DNA of 60,578 bases from Octopus bimaculoides (Eukaryota): contig NC_069002.1 in NCBI RefSeq assembly GCF_001194135.2, forward strand, positions 5,554,239-5,614,816, in the 5' to 3' direction. A program made the translations under genes and the position numbers. Shown here piece by piece: positions 37,932 to 49,075 of this stretch. A model generated the notes under the pieces. It was not told where the DNA came from, searched no databases, and was given only the letters and a program-made list of their open reading frames with translations. Each line of letters starts with the position of its first letter. Position 1 is the stretch's first letter.

Positions 37932-38864
37932 NNNNNNNNNNNNNNNNNNNNNNNNNNNNNNNNNNNNNNNNNNNNNNNNNNNNNNNNNNNNNNNNNNNNN
38001 NNNNNNNNNNNNNNNNNNNNNNNNNNNNNNNNNNNNNNNNNNNNNNNNNNNNNNNNNNNNNNNNNNNNNNNNNNNNNNNNNNNNNNNNNNNNNNNNNNNN
38101 NGATGTGGTGATTAACTTTACTTACGTGTGTTTGTGTGTATGTATATGTATATATGTATGTATGTATGTATGTATGCAACGAAGAACCGTCCAAGCCCCC
38201 AAAGCAAACATCTGCCGTTTGCTGGCGCTGCTGATTCTCGTTTCCGCACCTGTTATCAACAACAACAGCAACAACAACAATAACAACACGCTTTTGAAAA
38301 CTACTCATTGAAGGTATGCGTGCGTGCATCATGTGTATGTGAGAGAACGAAAGCGACAGAACCTCTCTGTGTGTGTCTTAAGAGGGCCAAACGTATTTAG
38401 TTCGCCCTCCCCCCCATCACATTACGTCATGTCACACCGCGTGCCTATTGACTCATAAGGACCACATGCGGTGAAGGGTGTTTTGACCGCGAGATGGCAA
38501 CGTCGGAGGTGGAGGAGCTTATAGTTGATGTTGGTGATGATTGTGATGGTGGTGGTGGTAGTGGTCGTCGTCGTTGACGTATCACTGGTGGTGGTGTTGG
38601 CGGCATGAATGGTACTGCTGCTGCAGCTGTTAGTGGTGATGGTAGTGGTAAGGATTGTCCGCCGCGCTAACGATGTTTACGAACTCGCCACCTTCCAGCA
38701 GCCTTGTATATGAGTTTAAAATTCAACATCTGTTGAATCAAACTTTTATAGGAAATCAATCAAGAAAAAAAAAACAAAACAAAACAAAAAACAACGCGGA
38801 TGACGACAAGCGATCAACACTTTGTCTGTCTTGTGTATCACGTGATGCGGAAGACATATTTCCC

Positions 38865-39170
38865 TGGCGTCCATGCATCATATACGACAGACATTCCCAA
38901 TGTTTTGCTTTTAAACACGAGAGAGTAATTTGGGACGTACGGAGAAATAGTTTTAAAATCCTCACAATGTCTGAAACAAGCGCTAGAAGTCTGAAAAGAA
39001 CCATGGATCCCTATAAACCTTTGGCGTCCATGTATCAAATATGACACACTTTCCCAATGTTTTGTTTCCAATCACCAGAGTTATTTGGGACATATGAAGG
39101 AAAAAGCTTCATGTTATTCAGAACATATGAAACAAGGGCTAAAATATCTGAAAACATCCATGGGTCACTA
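38865..39170. repeat. Two diverged tandem copies of a 157-bp unit
   Basis: TGGCGTCCATG.ATCA.ATA.GACA.AC.TTCCCAATGTTTTG...GAG.TA.TTTGGGAC.TA...TGAAACAAG.GCTA..A..TCTGAAAA...CCATGG at 38865 and 39022. Confidence 0.85.
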
Positions 39171-39230
39171 CGGCTGTCTCTTTTGCCGAACCGCTAAGTT
39201 ACGGGGACGTAAACACACCAGCATATATAC
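39168..39230 (-). mobile_element. SINE group A tail fragment
   Basis: GTCTCTTTTGCCGAACCGCTAAGTTACGGGGACGTAAACACACCAGCAT. Confidence 0.9.
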
Positions 39231-40490
39231 ATGCATATATNNNNNNNNNNNNNNNNNNNNNNNNNNNNNNNNNNNNNNNNNNNNNNNNNNNNNNNNNNNN
39301 NNNNNNNNNNNNNNNNNNNNNNNNNNNNNNNNNNNNNNNNNNNNNNNNNNNNNNNNNNNNNNNNNNNNNNNNNNNNNNNNNNNNNNNNNNNNNNNNNNNN
39401 NNNNNNNNNNNNNNNNNNNNNNNNNNNNNNNNNNNNNNNNNNNNNNNNNNNNNNNNNNNNNNNNNNNNNNNNNNNNNNNNNNNNNNNNNNNNNNNNNNNN
39501 NNNNNNNNNNNNNNNNNNNNNNNNNNNNNNNNNNNNNNNNNNNNNNNNNNNNNNNNNNNNNNNNNNNNNNNNNNNNNNNNNNNNNNNNNNNNNNNNNNNN
39601 NNNNNNNNNNNNNNNNNNNNNNNNNNNNNNNNNNNNNNNNNNNNNNNNNNNNNATATATATGTGCGTGTGTGTGCGTGCGTGCGTGTGTGCGTGCATGCG
39701 TGTGTATGTGTATGTGTGTTTGTGTGTGTGTAAAAGAGAGCAGCAGGTGAGGCCGCTGTCGGAACAAAGAAGAATTGGAGAACGTAACGCGAGAGGTTCG
39801 GGTGGTGAGCTATGACTTGTCACGTGATTCAGAGCGAAATATTTCCAATTTTGCCTAGTAACAGATTTTTCGTCAGTGATAACACATTTTGATCGTAAAT
39901 GATAATCTCTCTCTGAGTGCGCTTTCCTTTTTTTTTTTTTTTCGAGCTGATGTAAAGAGAAATGACAACTGGCGGTTGTAGTAAGATATGAAATTTGAAA
40001 GAAAAAAAAAAGTTAAATAAATAAATAAATAGTTTGGAGAAAGGAGCACCCAGTGTCGGGCTGGGAGTAGGGGAAGCACGTTTAGAGCTGGCTGTATACG
40101 GTGGTGTCGGTCTTGATTGCTGCTCGGCAGGCATCGATGGAGGTGTGGATGCGGTGAGAAGATGCTGAAAATTTTTCCTGTGTGTGAATTTTTAGCCGAC
40201 AGCTGATAAAAGGAAAAGTCCGGCGATATGCAAGCAAGCTATACGTAAAATATTTGATATATTGTGTGGTGCACATCTCTCTCTTTCTCTCTCTCTCTCT
40301 CCCTCTCTCTCTATCTATCTACGTAAACACATGCACATTGAGTTCTATACAGGGTTGTCTCGCAATGCCAGAGCGAAATATTAAAACACACATACGCACA
40401 CACATACATGTATACATGCATAAATGTATATACATACATATACATTACATACATATATATACATAAACATACATATGTATACACACACAC

Positions 40491-40551
<61 letters not shown>

Positions 40552-40552
<1 letters not shown>

Positions 40553-40888
40553 GGGGTGGCAGTGTGGTGAGAAGTTCGCTCCCACACTACATGGTTCTGG
40601 GTTCAGTCCCACTGCGAGGTACCTTGGGCAGGTCGTAGGTATATGTATTTGTGTGTGCGTGTGTATCTGTGTGTGTGTGTGTGTGTGTGTGTGTCTGTCC
40701 TTGTTCTTTTCCACCGATTGACAACCTGTTTTGACTTGTTTACGTTCTCATAACCGAGCGGTTCGGCAAAAAGAAACCGATGGAATAAGTACCTGCTTTT
40801 TAAAAATACATGTACTAGGGTCAATTTGTTCGACTAAACCCTTCAGCATGCTGCCCCAGCATCGCCGTAGTCTAAGGGGCTGAAAACA
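40552..40888 (+). mobile_element. SINE group A, internally deleted
   Basis: Head to ACCTTGGGCA, then (TG)n, then tail (TTGACAACC..GTTTACGT..GCGGTTCGGCAAAAAG..GGGTCAATTTGTTCGACTAAA). Confidence 0.85.
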
Positions 40889-41200
40889 AGGGCATGGCTC
40901 AATGGTAAGAGCATCGGGTTCACAAACATGAGCGAGTGAGTTTCATTCCCGGACCAGGCTGTGTGTTGTGTTCTTGAGCAAGACACTTTATTTCCCGTTG
41001 CTCCAGTTCATTCAGCTGTAGAAATATATTTCAATGTCACTGGTGCCAAGCAGTATTAGCCTTTGCCTTTCCCTGGGATAACACCGGTGGCGTGGAAGAG
41101 AGGAGACCGGTATGCAGGGACGACTCCTGGTCTTCCATAAACAACCTTGCCTCGACTTGTACCTCGGAAGGTAACTTTCTAAGTGCAATCCCATGTGTTT
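40889..41200 (+). mobile_element. SINE group B (B2), full length
   Basis: GCATGGCTCAATGGTAAGAGC..GTGTTCTTGAGCAAGACACTTTATTTC.CGTTGCTCCAGTTCA.TCAGCTGTAGAAAT..GGTGCCAAGC..GTGCAATCCCATG; inverted copy at 44404-44730. Confidence 0.9.
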
Positions 41201-41440
41201 TTATGCCTTTATCTAATATACTCTGCGATTAATTACACCGAATGTAATTTGGTATTCGACTTTAGGTTTACGAAGTGGACCTGTCACAGGAAATGAAAAA
41301 AACAACGTATATAGAATGCAAAAGTAACTACCGCACAATTTAGCTAGCCGGGTTCAATTTCTACAGAGTACTTAGAGATTCCGAGTACATTCATTTAATC
41401 CCTCTTCTTTTTACCTTCCTTATACATATATATGTATTTA

Positions 41441-41484
<44 letters not shown>

Positions 41485-41512
41485 ATTCTATCTATCTATC
41501 TATCTATCTATC

Positions 41513-41626
41513 TTATTTCTTTATTGCCCACAAGGGGCTAAACATAGAGGGGACAAACAAGGACAGACAAAGAAATTAAGTCGATTACATCGATACCAGT
41601 GTGTAACTGGTACTTAATTTATCGAC
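41513..41626 (-). mobile_element. SINE group C 3' half
   Basis: TATTTCTTTATTGCCCACAAGGGGCTAAACATAGAGGGGACAAACAAGGACAGAC..TTAAGTCGATTACATCGA..CTGGTACTTAATTTATCGAC. Confidence 0.9.
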
Positions 41627-42010
41627 ATTTATTCAACAGACACAACCTAAGTGTCTCTTTTAGTTGTGCACCCAACCTAAAAAGTATTTTAATTAGCACC
41701 CACAAAACACGGGAGGAGGCGATTGCTCTTGCAGGGTATGCAATGACAGGCCAGTAGGGGACCGATGTATGCATGCATGTATGTATATGTGCATGCATGC
41801 ATGCACACATGTGTCTGCATGTATGTATGTACACACACATTCATACATATATATATTGCACGTATGTGTATATGGTTTATACCATGCGCACATTCACATG
41901 CACGTGTGTGTGTGTATGTATGTATGTTTTATTGTATACAAATTCGATCTGGGTCGGTGCGTATTGGAGTGACTGAAGAAAACAGCAAATACCCCAGGAG
42001 TTCTGGGCGT

Positions 42011-42030
42011 TGACGTCACTGCTGACGTCA
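42011..42030. promoter_or_regulatory. Two tandem full palindromic CRE motifs (TGACGTCA x2)
   Basis: TGACGTCA-CTGC-TGACGTCA in unique sequence; function untested. Confidence 0.5.
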
Positions 42031-42365
42031 CAAGGAGGACGATGACTACAAGAAATATGATGACGGACATAGATACATAGATACAGAGAGAGAGAGAGGG
42101 GGGAGATGGGCAGGACTAATGGAAGTAGTAGTAGTAGTAGTAGTGGTGGTTGGATATCGAGGAGTGACAGACTGTTGAAACGGAATATATTGATCAAAAT
42201 GCAGGAGACATTGAGGAAGATGGTCGATGTGTCGGACGGGCAAGCAAGCGAGCGAGGTGAGCAATTGAAGGAAATTGCTTCGTGTCTAGAAACAGGTTGA
42301 GAAATAAAGAGAAAGGGTGAGAGAGAGAGAGGAACTGCGAGACAAACAAGCATAAAGAAGGATAG

Positions 42366-42439
<74 letters not shown>

Positions 42440-42942
42440 CACAGAGACTGACAGAGAGAACGAGAGACGCATATATAAATCATTTGTTGCTTAAGCCATA
42501 AATAAAAGAAAGTGAGAGCTTTGTTGTAGACGTCCACACGAGAGGGGATATGTATGTGCGCGCGTGTGTATATGTGTGTGTGTGAGAGAGAGAGAGAAAG
42601 AGAGAGAGAGGGGGACAGAAAGAGACAGAGATATAGAGGGAGTGAGTGAATGGGTAGCGGTGAGAGTAGGATTCTAGGGAGGTTTGTTCTCCTACCGTAC
42701 CACACTCCGCCCCATCCACCGTTGCACACGGAAAGCTCTTCTGTATCTCCAATAGTTGTGTGTGCCCTGGAATAGCGTAGGTGTGCAGAGGACATACATA
42801 TACACACACGTACGTACATACATACATGCATCTATACATACATGTATATACATATTACGAGCATGTATATACATACACCTGTATACACACATATAAGTAT
42901 ATACCAATAGATTTACATACACTTGCGTGCATGCATACACAC

Positions 42943-43303
42943 GGGTTGGCTGTGTGGTAAGACGCTTGCTTCTCAATTATATGGTCTAGGGTTCAGTACT
43001 ACAGTGCTGCATTTTGGCCGTCTGCTATAGCCCTAGGCCGACCATAGCTGAAAGAGGCCTCTATGTCTTAGTGTTTGTACCCCCCACCACGATGTCCACC
43101 ACAACCGTTTGGCAACCGGTGCTGGTTTGTTTACGTCATTTTTGCAACCGAGCGGTTCAGCCGAAGTGACTGATATAATAAGTACGATACTTTCAAAATA
43201 AGAAGAAAAAAAAAAAAGAAAAGAAAAAGGGTGCATTGGAAATAAGTACTAGGGTCCGGTGTCCCAGCATGGCCGCAGTTCAATGACCGAAGTAAAAGAT
43301 AAA
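42943..43303 (+). mobile_element. SINE group A, full length, diverged
   Basis: GGCTGTGTGGTAAGACGCTTGCTTC..GGGTTCAGTAC...GGTGCTGGTTTGTTTACGTC..GCGGTTC...CCCAGCATGGCCGCAGTTCAATGACCGAA. Confidence 0.85.
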
Positions 43304-43379
43304 ACATACACACACACATATATATATATATACATGCATGCAAACATACATAGAGAGAGAGAGAGGCGGTAGAGGGACA

Positions 43380-43465
43380 GAAGACACCTACCCACGAATT
43401 GGGATTGAACCACGAATTATGTGGTTGGGAAGCCAACTGCTTACCACATAACCACCCCTGCGCCC
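43380..43465 (-). mobile_element. SINE group A head fragment
   Basis: GGGATTGAACC..TATGTGGTTGGGAAGC.AACTGCTTACCACATAACCACCCCTGCGCC. Confidence 0.8.
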
Positions 43466-44403
43466 ATACACATATACATACATACATACAGACAGACAGA
43501 CAGACAGACAGTCATAGATAGATAGATATATAGATAGATACACAAATAGATAGATAGATAGATATGCATATATATTTGTGGTGGGCGGCGGAGTGTTTAT
43601 TTATATATGCATCTATGTATGTATTTATATATATATATGCATATACGGGGGATGTCTCGAGAGGAATACAGAAGCCTTTTGTGAACTTTTTGGGGTTTTT
43701 TTTTTTACTTTCTCTTCTTTTTCTTCTTAACACAATCTTCTACATTTTTGCAAATTTTGCGCAACTCTAAAATAATTTTTTGGTTTTATTTATTTATTTA
43801 TTATTTTTTTTTCTTTATAATTAATCTAGAAACCCCCCCTAAGAGAGATGAGGAATCTGGCGTTGTGGGACTCACGTTTCGTGTGAGAGACGAAATGCCA
43901 GTCCCGAAGAGTGAAATTCCTCATTGTCCCCAAGGCATACCAGCTTACCAAAAACTCATCAACTTCGCTCTATGGTTCTTTAATTGACGTAGACCACAAG
44001 CACCTCTACCAACACCAGCAACACCACCACCACCACCACCACCAGCCTGCTACCAGTTTCCCCCCACACTGCTTCTATATATGTATGTCTACACGCACAC
44101 ATGCATATATATGCATACGTGCACATATGCATATAAACACTCTACGTGCTTAGAGCAAATGTATTTTGTGAGGCCAGGCGTTAAGTAAGCAGAGAAAAAT
44201 TGCACACAAAAGAGCGTCTCCTGATGAGGACAATGTGTAGAAATATTTTGGAGAGCAAAAAGTATTTTCTGGTAAACATCTGTGCGCACGTGCGTTTTTG
44301 TGCACGCGCACGCGCGCGAGTGTGTTGTACCTATGCGAATATCTATATTTTATACAGTCCTCCTTAAGCACACACACACAACACACACATACATAAAAGC
44401 AAA

Positions 44404-44730
44404 GACTCCCTTTGGTTATGAATGACCGTGGGATTGCACCTAGAAAGTTGCCCCCTGAAGTACAAGTCTGGGCAAGGTTGTTTTATGGGAGACCACCAGT
44501 TGCCCATGCATACCAGCCTGCCCTCTCCATGCCATCGATGTTATCCAAGGGAAAGGCAAAGGGGCCGATACAGCTTGGCACCAGTGACACCGTAATTCAT
44601 TTCTACAGCTGAGTGAACTGGAGCAACGTGAAATAAAGTGTCTTGCTCAAAAGAACGCAGCACACAGCCGGATCCAGGAATCGAACTCACTACCTCGTGA
44701 TTGTGAGTCCGACGTGAGCCATGCGCCTTC
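44404..44730 (-). mobile_element. SINE group B (B2), full length
   Basis: Reverse-complement match to 40889-41200 along its length. Confidence 0.9.
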
Positions 44731-45410
44731 ACACACACACACACATATATATATCTATTTATTTATAAAGAGTATATTTATAATGCAGCGTAAATACTTG
44801 ATCTATCGATATTATCCCCGCTTCGAGCGAAGGTAGAACAACAGCTTGGCGGCAGCTGGGACTAATGCCAAATGATAAGGGGTGACAACCTCAAGAATAA
44901 AAAATCCTCTAAAATGGACGCGCCATTAAACAAAACAAATAAAAATAGTCGCATTTTCTTGAAGTAAGAGCATAGCTGTCGATATATGTTTCTACCCCAA
45001 CAAGCATCATCAGCACAGCAGTTGTCGAGCGTACTCTCCAGCATAGAGCACACTTAGACAAATACAAAAACAAAAGAAAAATTTTAGAATACATTTATGG
45101 CGTAGGTAATTTGCATATATGAAAAGAAAATGAGCTTCAAGATGTTACTGGCTACGCCAGGTTATTTCTCGAAATTTATTTCCATTTTATGCAAATTAGT
45201 TCGTCCATAAATATGTTCTGCTCTTCCTTCAATAGGTCCAAGTATTCTAGCTTCTATAGAAACTGAAAAGATGCCAATAAATCAAAAATTTATATTGTGT
45301 GGTATTTTATATACGTATGTGTGTGTGTGTGAACGTATATCTATACATATATATGTATGTATATGTGTGTGTGTATATGTATATTATATATATGTGTGTG
45401 TATGTATATG

Positions 45411-45450
<40 letters not shown>

Positions 45451-46289
45451 NNNNNNNNNNNNNNNNNNNNNNNNNNNNNNNNNNNNNNNNNNNNNNNNNN
45501 NNNNNNNNNNNNNNNNNNNNNNNNNNNNNNNNNNNNNNNNNNNNNNNNNNNNNNNNNNNNNNNNNNNNNNNNNNNNNNNNNNNNNNNNNNNNNNNNNNNN
45601 NNNNNNNNNNNNNNNNNNNNNNNNNNNNNNNNNNNNNNNNNNNNNNNNNNNNNNNNNNNNNNNNNNNNNNNNNNNNNNNNNNNNNNNNNNNNNNNNNNNN
45701 NNNNNNNNNNNNTATGTGTGTGTGTATATGTATATTATATATATATACGCATGCGAGTATTCATGCACATACATACAAATATATACGTGTACGTACACAA
45801 ACATATATGCATGCACACTCACATACAAATACACACATATACACACTGTTTCACGTGGTAAACATCAAAAGCAATCTGCAGGAAAGAATGCATAATGTCA
45901 CGGTGGATGTTTAGTGAGGGTGGCCACTGTATGGAGAGGAGTGAAAGAGATGAATGATGCCATGAATCTAGTAGTCGGTGGTGGTGGTGGTGGAGATGAT
46001 GGTGGTGGTGGTGGTGGTTGAGCTATTTGACGGTTGGGCCAACTCCAGAGAAGATAAAAGCTACATATGAATAAACGACTGAGAAAAGTTGGAGTTATTG
46101 GAAGGATATGAAGAGATGAAACGATGTGATATTTCAGTCTTTCCAATACATCGAAATAACACACACACACACACACACATGCACTTATATATTCACATAC
46201 ATTCATACAGGCATACATACACACACACACATATATATTCATACATATAACAATGTATGTAGGTATGTGTGTGTGTGAAGCTGTATGTA

Positions 46290-46529
46290 CAGAGTGGTCC
46301 AAAAGTAGGTTTACAGATATCACGTGGGCACTTAAATTTCTTTCAAAACATTTTATTACATTTAAATTTCTATCTTATAAACTGAAAAGGGAGCTTGACA
46401 AAATTAACTAAATTAGCATAGAATAATGGTTTCATATTTTTTTTTATAATTAAAATCTAAACCGTTAATAAATATATGAATGCGAAAGAGATAGTCGAAT
46501 GACTGTAAATCTACTTTTGGGCCACCCTG
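46290..46529. mobile_element. Tc1/mariner-type MITE (240 bp)
   Basis: 27-bp TIRs CAG(A/G)GTGG(T/C)CCAAAAGTAG(G/A)TTTACAG, TA on both flanks, AT-rich non-coding interior. Confidence 0.9.
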
Positions 46530-46974
46530 TATATATCTTTTCTTTTACTTGTTTCAGCCAATTTGGCCGGAGATTTCAAGTTCATCCATGTGCATTCACA
46601 CACACACTCACACACAAACAAACAAACAAACTAACAAACAAAGAAACACGCATATATCTTCACGTAAATACGTACACACGCAATTACTCTAATGACCATT
46701 GACTCACTCTCCTTGCGTTCGTTTTTGCCTCTTAAACAAATTTTGGTCTTTGATCGTGAAGTGTGTCTGAACATCACTCTCCTCTCTCTCTCTCTCTCTC
46801 TGCAACCTTGCCACACGAAATCTAGTGGTTGAGAAGCAAGTTTCTTAACCACACAGAAACACGTTCAATGTCATCAATATCGTGTCTTGATCAATATCGA
46901 TCACACTAACTGCATCGGTGAATGTCCTTGACGCAACTGCCTTATTAATACTAGACCTCTGTGGTGTATGTATG

Positions 46975-47609
46975 CAAGTCATTATTCAGTTTATTTCAAG
47001 ATTTATTCCAATAGAGAAAGAACCGGTTTCTAACCTAGATCCAAGGCTCCTTCGTTGGAATTTCAACATCAACAACAGGATATTTTTGTTTCTATGTATG
47101 TATGTATGTATGTATGTACGACTGCAAACATTGCAGATCAAAATGTTTGCAGTCGTGTATGCTTGTCAAGAGCAGGGCTCATTAGCCACCAACGGAACCG
47201 CAAATGCAAGATATAAGTTAGTCCTAGAGCGCACAATGTTCCCGAAGGTCGGCAATGGTCTTCCTCGGTCACGAGTGGACGGCCATCATCATGTATGTAT
47301 GTATATGTGCAGATTTGTATGTTTTGCTTTATTTACGTATTCTCATGCATACAGCTGCATGTCTAGATATGCTCATATATATATTTAAATGATAAACTTC
47401 TGGAAAGTTTTAAAGATTGTTACAGTTCCAATGATGGATTAGATCTGTAGTCTTCAAATTAGCTTTCTCCTTTCTGGTTTTGAAAAGCCTAATTTCTCAA
47501 GATTGGTATTTAGGCAGTGTGTTATATATCCCAGGCCTCCAATAATTACAGGTATAAACCTGAACTTGTTATCTGGATAGAGTAACTGCAGATTTCTCAA
47601 TAGTTCAGT
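46975..47609 (-). mobile_element. 5'-truncated R4/Dong-type non-LTR retrotransposon (end of REL endonuclease plus 3'UTR)
   Basis: 47609-47385 reads TELLRNLQLLYPDNKFRFIPVIIGGLGYITHCLNTNLEKLGFSKPERRKLI*RLQI*SIIGTVTIFKTFQKFII*, the PIIIGALG..L..LG....LQ...I.GT..I.K pattern of REL-type LINE C-termini, with two nonsense changes. 3'UTR assignment of 46975-47384 is inference. Confidence 0.75.
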
Positions 47610-47634
47610 ATATATATATATATATATATATATA

Positions 47635-47793
47635 CGACGGATTTCTTTCAGTTTCCGTCTACCAAATCCACTCATGAGGCTTTAGTCGGCACGAGGCTTT
47701 AATAAAAGACATCTGGCCAAGGTGCCACGCAGTGGGACTGAACCCGAAACCATTTGGCTGGGAAGCAAGCTTCTTACCACATAGCCACGTCTG
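47635..47793 (-). mobile_element. SINE group A head
   Basis: TTTCAGTTTCCGTCTACCAAATCCACTCA..CCAAGGTGCCACGCAGTGGGACTGAACCC..GGGAAGCAAGCTTCTTACCAC. Confidence 0.9.
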
Positions 47794-48193
47794 CTTGCTT
47801 TTATTTCGAGATATTACGTTAAACATGTCGTAAACTACTCTACTTTTATCAGAAGTTCCAGAACTCTTTCGTCTATAGAATCTCCAAATTTCCCTTCTGG
47901 ACTATTTCGCAAAATGTCTATTTATACATAAGCATCAATACAAATTCATAATGTTTCCAAACTCTTAGATTCAGTACGAAATGGAACATTTGTGTGATGT
48001 TTACACACCTAGGAATACCGATATAGTGCGACGGCTTAACCGTTCCATTTCGTTTCGTTTAGCCTCGCATCGTTTCCAATTTATGATAACCAGCGTGTTT
48101 ATGAAAGCAAAGGTATTTTTCGCATATCGTCTTTCCCTTTCAGTCGACAACCGTGTAAGGTGGAAAACCTAAAGCTTACATTTCTATCTATAT

Positions 48194-48246
<53 letters not shown>

Positions 48247-48681
48247 TTCGTTTGAATATATCTTATCTTTTTCGTGATATTAGTTTAAGGTTTTACGATG
48301 TCCGCAAGTGGTTACATCATAAACACACACGCACACACACACATATATATATATATACATGTATGTATATTATACAAAGATAAGCGCATGAATGGAATTT
48401 CAAACTCTAAACATATATTTTAGAATATATGTAATTTTATTTATAAATATTTCCCTGCGGTTGTTTTAATTCAACTCATCCGCTCGTCTGCACATTAATA
48501 TGGGTGGGTGTATATTGCATATATATANNNNNNNNNNNNNNNNNNNNNNNNNNNNNNNNNNNNNNNNNNNNNNNNNNNNNNNNNNNNNNNNNNNNNNNNN
48601 NNNNNNNNNNNNNNNNNNNNNNNNNNNNNNNNNNNNNNNNNNNNNNNNNNNNNNNNNNNNNNNNNNNNNNNNNNNNNNNNN

Positions 48682-48734
<53 letters not shown>

Positions 48735-48769
48735 ATGTATTGTGGAGCCATTAATCCTTACACGTTCTT

Positions 48770-48870
48770 TTCTCTCCATTCTTTTGTCCTCTCATCCCTT
48801 TCTGTCGATGTGCGTAGGCTCGAAACGTCGAAGACTATCATTTTTCTCAACCGTCAAAGTAATATACCTG
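48770..48870 (+). mobile_element. Copy of the 277-482 family with variant hammerhead motif
   Basis: CCTTT-CTGTCGAT-GTGCGTAGGCTC-GAAACGTC-GAAGAC. Confidence 0.7.
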
Positions 48871-48902
48871 CTTGTTAGTAGTAGTAGTAGTAGTAGTAGT
48901 AT

Positions 48903-49075
48903 TAAGGCGGCGAGCTGGCAAATGCTTTAGCGGCATTTCTCTCGTTGCTACGTTCTGAGTTCAAATTACACCTGGGTCGACTTTGCCTGTCATTCTCTCG
49001 GGGTTCGATAAATTAAGTTGTAATCGACGTGTCCCCAAATTCCAGGCCTTGTGCCTTTTGTAAGAAGGATTATTA
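48903..49075 (+). mobile_element. SINE group C with small deletions
   Basis: AAGGCGGCGAGCTGGCA..TAGCGGCATTTC..ACGTTCTGAGTTCAAATT..GGTCGACTTTGCC..TCGATAAATTAAG..GGCCTTGTGCC. Confidence 0.85.

Noticed and set aside
38170-38330. Plus-strand signal-peptide-like ORF (CRLLALLILVSAPV) ending near AAG|GTATGC
   Set aside because: ATG derives from an (ATGT)n run, the frame stops before the donor, and no partner exon was found.
39830-39885. Minus-strand CUGACGA...GAAAUAUUUC hammerhead-like motif
   Set aside because: No credible stem I or stem II pairing.
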